Below are positions 1 through 8,641 of a stretch of 20,000 bases of DNA, piece by piece. The position numbers and the translations under genes were made by a program. The notes under the pieces are model-generated. The model was not told the origin of the DNA, did not search any database, and saw only the letters and a program-made list of their open reading frames with translations. Each line of letters opens with the position of its first letter. Within the stretch, counting starts at the first letter, position 1. The stretch covers positions 128,636 through 148,635 of the forward strand of contig CAZHVK010000004.1 in the NCBI GenBank assembly GCA_964535955.1. Direction: 5' to 3'. The stretch comes from an uncultured Methanosarcinales archaeon (GTDB lineage: Archaea; Nanobdellota; Nanobdellia; Woesearchaeales; CAXGTL01).

Positions 1-6
1 TATCAT

Positions 7-1016
7 TTAACCACTACATAAACTTATACTGTTCAAGATATTCTTTTAAACAGAATTTACAGATTGCCTCTACTTTACCTTTTCTTGAATTTTCTAAAGC
101 TTCTAGGTAGTCTGTTCTTTTTCTTACATGTATTGCTAATGGAGCAAGTTTCTTGTACATCAAAAGCCAACAAAGAACCAATCTCCCCACCCTTCCATTA
201 CCATCAACAAAAGGGTGTATTATCTCAAATTGTGCATGTGATTGAAAAGCAACCTCAAAATCATTTATTTTCTTAAAACCTTGTTTTATCCATCTTAACA
301 ATGTTTCCATCCTTTCTTTGATAAATAAATAAGAGGAAGTATAAACATCGCCTACATAATTCTGAACTTTTTTGTATTTGCCTAATGTTTCATCAGATTC
401 AATATCTTTGTTTACTAGTTTGTGAAGTTCAAACAGATCTTTGTGCTTAGGTAATCTCTTATGATTAGCTTCAACATAGTTCCATGCTTTTAACAGATTA
501 TCTGCCATATGGAGTTCTTTTTTCTTATGACCTTTTGGAACAGTATCTTTGAATAAGTAATTGAATGTTTCTTTGACTGTCAAGGTAGAACCTTCTATTG
601 CATTGCTGTTTGATATGAATATACTTAAGAATTTCTCTTTTTCTTTTTGTTTTGACACTTTGTCTAATTCTTTTATATATCTCTTGTATGTGTCTGAAGC
701 TTTTTTTAGTCTATTATGGTCTTGGTAAGATAAAGTATCTTTGTATTCTTTAAGTATCCAGTCTTGTTTACTGTATGAGTATTTCATACATTCAAACTCA
801 TCTTTGGTTATTGGTCTCTTTTTTCCAATATATTTTATAGTCTTTTGTATTACTTTGTTTTTTTTTCTTATACTATGTACTAGATAAAGATATTCATTTC
901 CATTGATCTTCTTTGTTACTATGCTTACCATGAAAGATATTAACCACTACATATATTTAAATCTTTCGTCATAAAATATAAAATAATAAGAAATGCAGAT
1001 GAATTTAACCACTACA
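7..1016. repeat. Three direct copies of TTAACCACTACA (7-18, 940-951, 1005-1016)
   Basis: Exact 12-mer seen three times. Copies at 7-20 and 940-953 match over 14 nt and flank the Fic gene. Confidence 0.85.
14..931 (-). CDS. Fic family protein (class II, AMPylase) with N-terminal basic beta-rich putative DNA-binding domain
   Basis: Canonical Fic motif HPFVDGNGRVGR. Inhibitory-helix motif SNAIEG lies N-terminal to it. TTTAAATA box about 22 nt upstream of the ATG. Confidence 0.93.
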   Translation of the reverse strand: MVSIVTKKINGNEYLYLVHSIRKKNKVIQKTIKYIGKKRPITKDEFECMKYSYSKQDWILKEYKDTLSYQDHNRLKKASDTYKRYIKELDKVSKQKEKEKFLSIFISNSNAIEGSTLTVKETFNYLFKDTVPKGHKKKELHMADNLLKAWNYVEANHKRLPKHKDLFELHKLVNKDIESDETLGKYKKVQNYVGDVYTSSYLFIKERMETLLRWIKQGFKKINDFEVAFQSHAQFEIIHPFVDGNGRVGRLVLCWLLMYKKLAPLAIHVRKRTDYLEALENSRKGKVEAICKFCLKEYLEQYKFM

Positions 1017-1024
1017 GTTCAATA

Positions 1025-1053
1025 TTTACCTAGCCCTTACCATATGAAACACT
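1025..1053. repeat. Repeat B copy 1; remnant of the 3' end of the 48-aa gene at 2834-2980
   Basis: TTTACCTAGCCCTTACCATATGAAACACT matches 2833-2861 at 27/29 nt. Confidence 0.9.
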
Positions 1054-1060
1054 ATTCACC

Positions 1061-1720
1061 TTATATCAATCTACTCCTATTGATAAACAATTCAAATTTA
1101 CAACCAAGTGAACTTGCAGCTCTTTTGCAAGCAATCATTCTTTCTAGAAAAATCTCAAAATATTCCATGACTGAAGCTATTTTTTTATCAGTAGTTAAGC
1201 TTAGCCTGATTGTTTTCTTTTTCTTATTAACACTTAGTTTTGAGGATTTAGTAGCATAATTAACCCTGTCATGGATGTCAAGATCCATTGTTTTTACATT
1301 CCTAACCCTGGACCTTCTAACATCTGATTTATCAGCAATGATCACAGCTGCTCCTAAAGCATTAACAGGATCACCTTGTGTTTCATGATGATTTCCAATT
1401 GCTGTTGTTATTCTTATTAGCTCTTCTACTCCAATATCTCTATGAAATATTGAATAAACAATTAAAGCAGATGATTGAGCATGTTGGTGTCTGCTAACAA
1501 TATTGCCTATATCATGAAGATATCCTGCAATTGCTGCTAGTTCAGCACCTTGTTTTGAATAATTAAGTTTTAGTAATATATCCTGTGCTCTTTTTGACAC
1601 TATTTCAGCATGTTTAAATCCATGCTCTGTTATACCTACTTTTCCCATGTATTTATCGCTCTTTGTAAGAAGCATCTTTACTTCAGGAATCTTTTTTATT
1701 TCATTTAATGTTAGTTTCAT
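1061..1720 (-). CDS. HD-domain metal-dependent phosphohydrolase
   Basis: Motifs EH...H, GYLHDIG, NHHE and ADKSD. AGGTGA RBS before the ATG. Confidence 0.9.
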   Translation of the reverse strand: MKLTLNEIKKIPEVKMLLTKSDKYMGKVGITEHGFKHAEIVSKRAQDILLKLNYSKQGAELAAIAGYLHDIGNIVSRHQHAQSSALIVYSIFHRDIGVEELIRITTAIGNHHETQGDPVNALGAAVIIADKSDVRRSRVRNVKTMDLDIHDRVNYATKSSKLSVNKKKKTIRLSLTTDKKIASVMEYFEIFLERMIACKRAASSLGCKFELFINRSRLI

Positions 1721-1783
1721 TTTGTATCACCTTTTTATGTATTTATGTTTATAGAATTTATAAGAGTTTTGGTTTATTCTAAT
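1712..1783 (-). promoter_or_regulatory. Repeat C copy 1: intergenic scaffold (stop codon, TATA, RBS, ATG AAA CTA)
   Basis: Homologous to 3413-3484. Core 1753-1783 versus 3454-3484 matches at 29/31 nt. Confidence 0.85.
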
Positions 1784-2238
1784 TTTTCTAATATCTTTTT
1801 CTTAAGTAGATTAATGTAAACATTTAATTGCAATTCTATTTCTTTAAAATCATTATAACTAACTGGCTGGCCATAATAATTGATCCCATTTCTTTTTGTT
1901 CTAATTTTCTCAAAGAATTCCCAGCTTAATTCTAGTTCTGGATGTTTTATGCATAAGTATGCAAACAAACATTGGTGGTTCAGAGATTTTATTTTATCAA
2001 ATCTTATGAAAGCTTCTACAAGTTGTCTCAACACATCATAATAATTTCTAAAGATTATACTCCATCCATAACTCTCTTTAGGAGTCTTTTTAATTAATTG
2101 TTGTATTACTTCAAGACCTGCCACCGAGATATTTAACATAGTTTTAATTTTATCTAAATCAATTTTCTCCATAAATATAAACATGCCATTTTGTTCGCAT
2201 TTATTAAATATTTCCTCTTTAGTTTTTTCTTTAGGCAT
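1774..2238 (-). CDS. HEPN-domain protein (putative toxin of the MNT-HEPN pair)
   Basis: Helical protein with YY..LR...EA, NH and RNGINY (R-x4-Y variant of R-x4-H). Overlaps the MNT gene by 8 nt. Confidence 0.75.
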   Translation of the reverse strand: MPKEKTKEEIFNKCEQNGMFIFMEKIDLDKIKTMLNISVAGLEVIQQLIKKTPKESYGWSIIFRNYYDVLRQLVEAFIRFDKIKSLNHQCLFAYLCIKHPELELSWEFFEKIRTKRNGINYYGQPVSYNDFKEIELQLNVYINLLKKKILEKLE

Positions 2239-2779
2239 TTAATTTCACCTCGAAGAAATTTATCTCACCTTTAACAAGATGACCTTCTATAATGTTTCCT
2301 ATTAATCCAGGACCCATCTTCTTTAAATCTCTTTTATTTTTTGCAGTAAATAACTGTATCTCTCTATGCAGTTTTAATTCATATTTCCCTAACTCAAAAT
2401 CATCATCATCACCATATATAAACAAATCAATATCACTTTCTTTGTACCAGTCTGATCTTGCCATACTTCCGAATATAATAACAGTTTTTGCTTTTTTTAG
2501 TGATAGTAGATGGTTTAGAAAACCTGTTTTATAGAATTGCTGTAATGTGAAGAGTTTTTTTCTATTTCTGTATGAGGGGTGTTCATAATTGCTAATATAA
2601 TAAGGCATTTTTCCTTTTTCTTTAATTCTTTTTATTATATTTTCTTTTATTAATCTTTTTAACCAATTATTTGTTTTATCTCTACTTACCTTACTTTGCT
2701 TTAATATATCTTTAAAATACCAATATTTGGTAGGTTGGTTAAAGAATAGTTCTAGTATTTGGTATTCTTTACTTCTCAT
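2231..2779 (-). CDS. Winged-HTH + minimal nucleotidyltransferase (MNT) antitoxin
   Basis: IIFGSMARSD...SDIDLFI is the Pol-beta NTase signature. The N-terminus resembles a wHTH domain. Confidence 0.88.
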   Translation of the reverse strand: MRSKEYQILELFFNQPTKYWYFKDILKQSKVSRDKTNNWLKRLIKENIIKRIKEKGKMPYYISNYEHPSYRNRKKLFTLQQFYKTGFLNHLLSLKKAKTVIIFGSMARSDWYKESDIDLFIYGDDDDFELGKYELKLHREIQLFTAKNKRDLKKMGPGLIGNIIEGHLVKGEINFFEVKLNA

Positions 2780-2781
2780 AT

Positions 2782-2802
2782 TAGTACCTATAATAGGGAC
2801 TA
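2782..2802. promoter_or_regulatory. Palindromic operator between the TATA box and the MNT start
   Basis: TAGTACCTA-TAA-TAGGGACTA is an inverted repeat with one mismatch, next to a minus-strand TTTAAATA box. Confidence 0.65.
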
Positions 2803-2832
2803 TTATTTAAATCTTTTGGTTTTGTGGTTAGC

Positions 2833-2861
2833 TTTACCTAGCCCTTACTCTATGAAACACT
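2833..2861. repeat. Repeat B copy 2
   Basis: 27/29 identity with 1025-1053. Confidence 0.9.
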
Positions 2862-2980
2862 GGTTTCTTTCTTTTTGTATGTTGCCAGCATCTTTTCTTG
2901 AAAGTTCTTCTGTCACATTTTCCATATTTTTTATAGTTTTTGCATCTTACTCCGCACTTGTGTGCTTTTTTCTTAGCCAT
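2834..2980 (-). CDS. Small basic Cys/His protein (48 aa), possible zinc finger; not in the ORF track
   Basis: Manual translation MAKKKAHKCGVRCKNYKKYGKCDRRTFKKRCWQHTKRKKPVFHRVRAR*. GAGGTGA RBS 6 nt upstream, directly after the lipoprotein stop. Confidence 0.75.
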   Translation of the reverse strand: MAKKKAHKCGVRCKNYKKYGKCDRRTFKKRCWQHTKRKKPVFHRVRAR

Positions 2981-2995
2981 GATTATTCACCTCTT

Positions 2996-3421
2996 TTATT
3001 CACATAATGAACATAATTCTTCAGTCATTGGTTCTTCATGTCTACAATAACTTTCAAAACCTTTTTCACAAAACTCTTCAACTGTTTTGAAGTTTGATTT
3101 ATCTTTACCTATACAATCTTCACAATTACAAGGATTTTCTTGTTCTTCACATACACCATTGCCACAGTTAATACAAGTACCTACTGGATAACCAGACATT
3201 AGTCCTGTGTCATAACACTTATCTGCAACAGATATACTAGTATCATGTCCAGACTCCCATTCAGTCAATCCTTCACAGCATGTTTCAGGATGTTCTTCTT
3301 TGTATACAACTGAGAATCTTTCACCTTCTTGTGCACAGTCTGCTGTTATTATTCCAGCTGGTCTTGTACAACCACTCAGAACTAATATTGATATTATTGT
3401 TAGTATTATTAATAGTTTCAT
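2996..3421 (-). CDS. Cys-rich acidic lipoprotein, hypothetical
   Basis: Start MKLLII after a GAGGTGA RBS. Hydrophobic signal with LSGC lipobox. CGNGVC...CNCEDC repeat-like motif. Confidence 0.8.
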   Translation of the reverse strand: MKLLIILTIISILVLSGCTRPAGIITADCAQEGERFSVVYKEEHPETCCEGLTEWESGHDTSISVADKCYDTGLMSGYPVGTCINCGNGVCEEQENPCNCEDCIGKDKSNFKTVEEFCEKGFESYCRHEEPMTEELCSLCE

Positions 3422-3484
3422 AAGTATCACCTCTTTACACTATTTATATCAACAGAATTTATAAAAGCTTTGGTTTATTCTAAT
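3413..3484 (-). promoter_or_regulatory. Repeat C copy 2
   Basis: Same 72-nt span as 1712-1783, from the ...LE* of the upstream gene to the MKL of the downstream gene. Confidence 0.85.
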
Positions 3485-4299
3485 CTTTTTTTCTTTTCAG
3501 GCTCTTTTAAATAATTTTCATCAGAAACAATTGTTTTGCCTAACCTTTTTTCAATATCTTTTCTAGTTGCACCTGCAACATCACCACCATCTTTTGCATC
3601 TTTTTTCAAACTAGGAAATTTTTCAGAATCTTTCTCTTTAGTAAACTTTGTAGTAGTTGCTTCACCAAGCATAGTAAGAACTAATTCCATGTCATCCATA
3701 TGATCTCTTAGGTTATGATGTTTTAAACCTTTAAAGTTTTTATATTCAGATGGAGTCATATTAAAAGTTGCTTTGCTGATTTCTGCTGTTAATATTGAAA
3801 AATCATTTGGCTTTTTTACTCCTCTGTTTCTCCATTCATCTGTTAATTCATCTCTTATTGCAATTCCTCTCACTCTTTTCTCTATCCATTGATCAGAATA
3901 TCCTTTTAATTTGTATAATGTTTTCATACGTTTTTGTGCTAATTCAGGATTTTCTATTTCTTGTACTCTTTCATAACCAACCTTAGCAAGCCACCTTTTG
4001 AATGGTTCTGCTTTTTTAGACGGTATTGATTGAACTAATCTAAAAGCACCCCTTGTAGAAACACAATTAAGCTTCTGCATGCCTCCTGATGTTTTTATAG
4101 GAAGGGGGGTGGCAATTTGCACCCACCCTTGTGAAAAGCCTTCATCTCTCCTTCTCATATCTTTTAAATAACCAGAAGGATTAACACTATCTGTTAAAAC
4201 TGCAATAATATCAACAGCAACAAACCACCATTCATCATTAAACCAAGTTCTTCTAATCTTATTTCCTTGAAATATAACTAATGCTTTATCTTGATCCAT
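3475..4299 (-). CDS. BRO-N domain protein (phage antirepressor-like / DinD-like C-terminus)
   Basis: IRRTW..EWWF...DIIAVLTDS, RLVQSIPSKKAEPFKRWLAKVG and NLRDHM motifs. Confidence 0.88.
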   Translation of the reverse strand: MDQDKALVIFQGNKIRRTWFNDEWWFVAVDIIAVLTDSVNPSGYLKDMRRRDEGFSQGWVQIATPLPIKTSGGMQKLNCVSTRGAFRLVQSIPSKKAEPFKRWLAKVGYERVQEIENPELAQKRMKTLYKLKGYSDQWIEKRVRGIAIRDELTDEWRNRGVKKPNDFSILTAEISKATFNMTPSEYKNFKGLKHHNLRDHMDDMELVLTMLGEATTTKFTKEKDSEKFPSLKKDAKDGGDVAGATRKDIEKRLGKTIVSDENYLKEPEKKKRLE

Positions 4300-4314
4300 T
4301 TAAACCACCTTGTA

Positions 4315-4465
4315 TATATAGAAAGTACTTCTCCTTTATAAATCTCACGCGCATCTGACCAGTGACCAGTGAGAACCTTCTAAGAAGCTGTATTGCTAGG
4401 ATTAAAGTGTCTAAGGTCAGTGGACATGTGTTTTTGAGATGTCTAGTGAGAAATGTTTAGAAGCT
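4315..4465 (-). promoter_or_regulatory. Repeat D copy 1: promoter region with multiple TG(A/T)CCA(G/C)TGA boxes
   Basis: Tandem TGACCAG-TGACCAG-TGA at 4356-4372, inverted copy GTCAGTGGACA at 4416-4426 and degenerate copy near 4440. Homologous to 17584-17670. Confidence 0.75.
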
Positions 4466-4470
4466 TTGCT

Positions 4471-4851
4471 TTATAACAAATACCTATCCAATGTATGACA
4501 TTTTCTTATTAAACACTTCATCACTATTGGATCATTCTCAAGTTCTTGTCTTGTATCTTTGGTAGCAAGGTCAACAACTGCACTATATACTGGTTCCTTT
4601 CCTTGTGAGCCAAAAGGAATTCCTCTAGAATCAACATAATCTTGTTCTGCATCTAATAATGTTTGCATTGCTACAGCTTCTTCTTGTCCTGACTTGTTAC
4701 CTAAGATAATGTTTCTTGTTGTTAAATATTCTAGCATTTTTATTGCATCATATGCTCTTTTTAGTATTTCATCTGTTTTAATTAAATCTCTTAATGTTGT
4801 TACATCTTCTGGTTTGTCTAGGTTAAAGGTTTGCATTTTGTATTTTATCAC
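4471..4851 (-). CDS. Hypothetical protein
   Basis: 126-aa ORF with normal soluble-protein composition. The start may be the ATG at 4836. No recognised motif. Confidence 0.6.
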   Translation of the reverse strand: MIKYKMQTFNLDKPEDVTTLRDLIKTDEILKRAYDAIKMLEYLTTRNIILGNKSGQEEAVAMQTLLDAEQDYVDSRGIPFGSQGKEPVYSAVVDLATKDTRQELENDPIVMKCLIRKCHTLDRYLL

Positions 4852-4967
4852 AAATCTATCATTTTACATTAGTCTATCAGAATGTCTTTTTTTAGTATTT
4901 GGAGTGGAAGGAAGTATTTAAAGGTTTTGTCCTAATCTTTATATACTTCCATACCTTCCCCTTTATC

Positions 4968-5492
4968 ATGAACCTAGAAATCATAAACAAAGACATAACA
5001 ACCTTAGATGTAGATGCAATTGTGAATGCAGCAAACTCAGGATTATTAGGTGGTGGAGGAGTAGATGGAGCAATACACAGAGCAGCAGGACCAAATCTTA
5101 TTGCAGAGTGCAAAGAGATAAGAGAAAAAACCTATCCAGAAGGATTACCAACAGGACAAGCTGTGATAACAAAAGGATATGATCTCAAAGCAAGACATGT
5201 TATTCACACAGTTGGTCCTGTTTATGGTAAAGGTAAATTGCCATCTAAATTACTTGCAGATGCTTACATCAACTCATTAAATCTTGCAGAACAACATAAT
5301 CTAAAGTCAATAGCATTTCCTGCTATAAGCACAGGAATATTCAGTTATCCAAAGAGAGAAGCTGTTAGAGTAGTAAAGGAAGTTATGGAAGAATATGATT
5401 TCAAATCCTTGGAAAGAGTAATACTTTGTTTCTATTCTAAAGAAGATATGGAGATTGCAGTGGGAGTGTTTAAGGAAGAGGGTATGTGTTGA
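4968..5492 (+). CDS. MacroD/YmdB-type macrodomain (O-acetyl-ADP-ribose deacetylase / ADP-ribosylhydrolase)
   Basis: DIT..DVDAIVNAANSGLLGGGGVDGAIHRAAG, VIHTVGP and AFPAISTGIFSYP. TTTATATA at 4938-4945 supports a leaderless start at 4968. Confidence 0.95.
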   Translation: MNLEIINKDITTLDVDAIVNAANSGLLGGGGVDGAIHRAAGPNLIAECKEIREKTYPEGLPTGQAVITKGYDLKARHVIHTVGPVYGKGKLPSKLLADAYINSLNLAEQHNLKSIAFPAISTGIFSYPKREAVRVVKEVMEEYDFKSLERVILCFYSKEDMEIAVGVFKEEGMC

Positions 5493-5533
5493 GGTTGTGT
5501 AAGTGGGTATTGAAGGGTTTTGTGAATATTTTA

Positions 5534-8032
5534 TTACAATTCTTCTCTTTTGATAAAATCCTTTATTTCAGTTACAAACTTACTTTCAGAACCTTTCTGA
5601 GTATACATAATAACTTCTTCTTTTGCTCTTGTTACAGCAACATAGAATAATCTTCTTTCTTCTTCTTCCCTTAATCCATCATTGTTTTCAATTGCAGGCA
5701 TAAATATATCTGGATTTTCTAGTTCACAAGGGAAACCATATAGTCCTTTATCAACATTTAAAACAATGACTACTTTTGCCTGTAATCCTTTGCTTCTATG
5801 AACTGACATAAACTTAACACGGTTAGGCACTTCCTTATGTGATTCAGTTATAATTGGAATTCTTAACTTTTTAGCATAATCAATAATAAATCTCCAGATC
5901 ATTTTATTTTCACTAGCAATCCTCATTAAAACTAAAAAATCATCATATGAACACCCTTTTTTATGCATTTCATTAATTTTTTCTAAACAATTTTTTGCGA
6001 TTTGTTCATAATATTTTAAATATTGATATTTATTAGAAGAATAAACCATAATTGGTCTTTCAGTTTCCTTCAGTTTAGGATTGCCGGGTATTGTTTTTTT
6101 TAATATTTGTCCTTTGTTATGTTTAATTATGTGTGCTCCTACATTCACAACTGATTTTATACTTCTATAATTTTTTGTTAAGTCAGTTCTTACTGGATGT
6201 GGGAAGTATTTTTTGAAATTTATAAAATAATCCAGATTAGATCCTGCAAAACCCATAATACTTTGCCAGTCATCACCAACACAGAATAATTTACATTTAG
6301 AATTCTTATTCATTAATTCATTAATTAGTTCATATCTTTGTGCACTGATATCCTGAAATTCATCTACAAGTATATGATCATATTCATTATTATATAACTT
6401 TTTATATTTTCTTAAATAATCTACTGCTTTGTTTATCATGTCTGAGAAATCAATATAATTATTCTTTTCAAGACCTTTTTGGTATTTATTATATATTGTA
6501 TTTGCAATCTTTGCAAATGCTATTTGTTTTTTTGACCATTTTTCATTTTTTAATCTTTTTTCTATATCTTGAGGATATAATCTATATGTTTTTGCAATGA
6601 CAACAAATCTGGAAATGTTCATTGAGATTTTCTTTACAAACTCTTTACAATCGTTCCAAACACGTTTAACTAATTCTTCATAAGATATATTTTCTAAATT
6701 AAATTCTTCATTAGGTTTTGTCTGTTTTAAAGCAGTGATAAACCTTTCTTTTAATATTTCATGAAAATTTCCATTTTCATAGTCTGCTTGAGAGGTTTCA
6801 AATAGTGTTTTTTCATTTAATTTATATTTTTCTTTTTTAATATTCATATTTTTAGTATATTCTTTAGTAGGATTGTCTCCAGAAAACCATTCAGGAACTT
6901 TTCCATTCTTTCCTATTGCCCAATGTTCAAGATAGAGATCATATTCAGGAAAATAAAAATCAGGTTTTGGGATATAATCTGTACCATCTTCTTTTTTGTA
7001 TTTCATCCAATTAGCAGGATTTTCATATATTATCTTGATTCTTTTACCATTTAAATTATGTATTATAAAGAAATTCATAATTTTCCTTTCAGCTTCACTT
7101 TTTACTTTTGTTCCATCTAAAGCAGTATATGTTAGGTTTCTTTGATACTTATAGAATTCTTCTTTTTTCTTAAAATCTGTTTTCTCTTTTATAACTTCAT
7201 CATCTTCAAAGTGCTTCATAAAATTTACAATTGTGTTTTGGAATGTCTTATTTTTAGCTGATTCTTTATTGAATAATGATTGGATATATATTTGGTATTT
7301 TCTATCTGTTTCATATTCTAATTTAGGAGCTTTAAGTCCTTTAATTTTAGAAGTATCTTTGAGTATTTTATTGCCTAAAGAATGGAATGTTCTTATTTCT
7401 ACATCTATATTGTATCTTTTCTTTAATCTTTCTTTCATTTCATTAGCAGCTTTTGTCTGAAAAGCTAAAGCTAAAATTCTTTTTGGTCTAATGTCATCTT
7501 TTCTTTTTATAAGATAAGCAATCCTCGTAATCAGAACTTCTGTTTTTCCAGATCCTGCTCCTGCAACAACTAAATTATGTTTGTCATCAGTTATTATTGC
7601 TGTCTGTTGGTCATCATCTAGTGTTAAATCATGTTTTTTGAATAAATCCTTGTATTTTATTTTCCTTTGTATTATAAAATTTAGATTATATATTAATATT
7701 TTTCCTTCATAGTCTCTTAACTGTTCTAAATTAAATTGTAGATTGGATTTTAATTTTGAATTCCAAAAGAAATACCAAGGAATCTTTGTTTTGTTTTGGC
7801 CTTTTCTCACTAAATCCTGGAAATCTATTTTATCATCATATATTAGATAAGTGTCTTTCTTTAGGAATTTCTTCCATTCGGTTTCAAATAATTTTATTGC
7901 ATTCTTAGAATTTTTTAATATTTCATGTTCTTTTTTTCTTAGAAATCCTGTTCCATTAAAATATGGAAGAAAAAATCCCATGATAATTAGGAGAATCATG
8001 CTCATTGTGAATATGATTATTCCAGTTATCAT
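5534..8032 (-). CDS. UvrD/helicase IV-like SF1 helicase with N-terminal TM helix and inserted PD-(D/E)XK-like domain
   Basis: Walker A AGAGSGKT, LVDEFQD, VGDDWQSI, NYRS, SVHRSKGL and EERRLFYVAVTRAK. Insert KSEAE...YE...PDFYFPEYDLYLEHW. Probable start at 8032 downstream of a TATA box. Confidence 0.92.
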   Translation of the reverse strand: MITGIIIFTMSMILLIIMGFFLPYFNGTGFLRKKEHEILKNSKNAIKLFETEWKKFLKKDTYLIYDDKIDFQDLVRKGQNKTKIPWYFFWNSKLKSNLQFNLEQLRDYEGKILIYNLNFIIQRKIKYKDLFKKHDLTLDDDQQTAIITDDKHNLVVAGAGSGKTEVLITRIAYLIKRKDDIRPKRILALAFQTKAANEMKERLKKRYNIDVEIRTFHSLGNKILKDTSKIKGLKAPKLEYETDRKYQIYIQSLFNKESAKNKTFQNTIVNFMKHFEDDEVIKEKTDFKKKEEFYKYQRNLTYTALDGTKVKSEAERKIMNFFIIHNLNGKRIKIIYENPANWMKYKKEDGTDYIPKPDFYFPEYDLYLEHWAIGKNGKVPEWFSGDNPTKEYTKNMNIKKEKYKLNEKTLFETSQADYENGNFHEILKERFITALKQTKPNEEFNLENISYEELVKRVWNDCKEFVKKISMNISRFVVIAKTYRLYPQDIEKRLKNEKWSKKQIAFAKIANTIYNKYQKGLEKNNYIDFSDMINKAVDYLRKYKKLYNNEYDHILVDEFQDISAQRYELINELMNKNSKCKLFCVGDDWQSIMGFAGSNLDYFINFKKYFPHPVRTDLTKNYRSIKSVVNVGAHIIKHNKGQILKKTIPGNPKLKETERPIMVYSSNKYQYLKYYEQIAKNCLEKINEMHKKGCSYDDFLVLMRIASENKMIWRFIIDYAKKLRIPIITESHKEVPNRVKFMSVHRSKGLQAKVVIVLNVDKGLYGFPCELENPDIFMPAIENNDGLREEEERRLFYVAVTRAKEEVIMYTQKGSESKFVTEIKDFIKREEL

Positions 8033-8099
8033 TTTAGTTGTTGGTAGGACATTTAGGTTTATAAGCATCATATGTGGTTTTATAACTTATTCATTTTTA

Positions 8100-8306
8100 T
8101 CACCCTATGTAACTAAGAGGATCTGAGACTTTTTCATCAGGACTTTCTTTTTTTGCATCCTGTTTGGAAGTTCTTAATAATGATTCTGCATTAATTATGT
8201 CTATATTTCCATCCTTTGTCATTCCTATTGTAAACACTGTCGTATGATTTCCCATACTCTTTTTGATATCATGCAATTTTTTTTCAAGGTTTATTTTCTT
8301 TGGCAT
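8100..8306 (-). CDS. Small hypothetical protein (68 aa; 74 aa if started at 8324) downstream of RHH-like gene 1
   Basis: GAGGTGA RBS before the ATG at 8306. Directly follows the stop at 8326. Confidence 0.7.
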   Translation of the reverse strand: MPKKINLEKKLHDIKKSMGNHTTVFTIGMTKDGNIDIINAESLLRTSKQDAKKESPDEKVSDPLSYIG

Positions 8307-8325
8307 TTTTTTCACCTCAGACATC

Positions 8326-8619
8326 TTAATATCTTCTTTTCTTAGATTTATGCTGCCTTTTCCTTCGCTTTATGAATTTTCTGCCTCTTTTATTTTTCCT
8401 GTAAACTCTCTCACCATAATCCCTTACTTTATCCTCTTCTGGAATTTCATTGGGTTTGGGCGGCACATATCCTAATTGTTTAAGTGCTTCATTCACTACT
8501 TTAGTAATGCTTAAATTATTATTTAATATAAACTTATTTTGACTTGGAGCCAATCTTATATTAACTCTTATGCTCTTTCTTTCTTGTGTATTTGTGTTTT
8601 GAACCTTTTGTATATCCAT
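8326..8619 (-). CDS. RHH/CcdA-like DNA-binding protein with Arg/Lys-rich tail (paralog 1)
   Basis: RVNIRLAPSQNKFILNNNLSITKVVNEALKQLG gives a strand-helix-helix pattern. GAGGTGA RBS before the ATG at 8619. Paralog at 10576-10887. Confidence 0.72.
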   Translation of the reverse strand: MDIQKVQNTNTQERKSIRVNIRLAPSQNKFILNNNLSITKVVNEALKQLGYVPPKPNEIPEEDKVRDYGERVYRKNKRGRKFIKRRKRQHKSKKRRY

Positions 8620-8641
8620 TGTATTCACCTCATACTTACAG

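Noticed and set aside
1025..2861. 29-nt repeat B as a CRISPR repeat
   Set aside because: Only two copies 1.8 kb apart, no spacer periodicity and no cas1/cas2. One copy is the coding end of a small gene.
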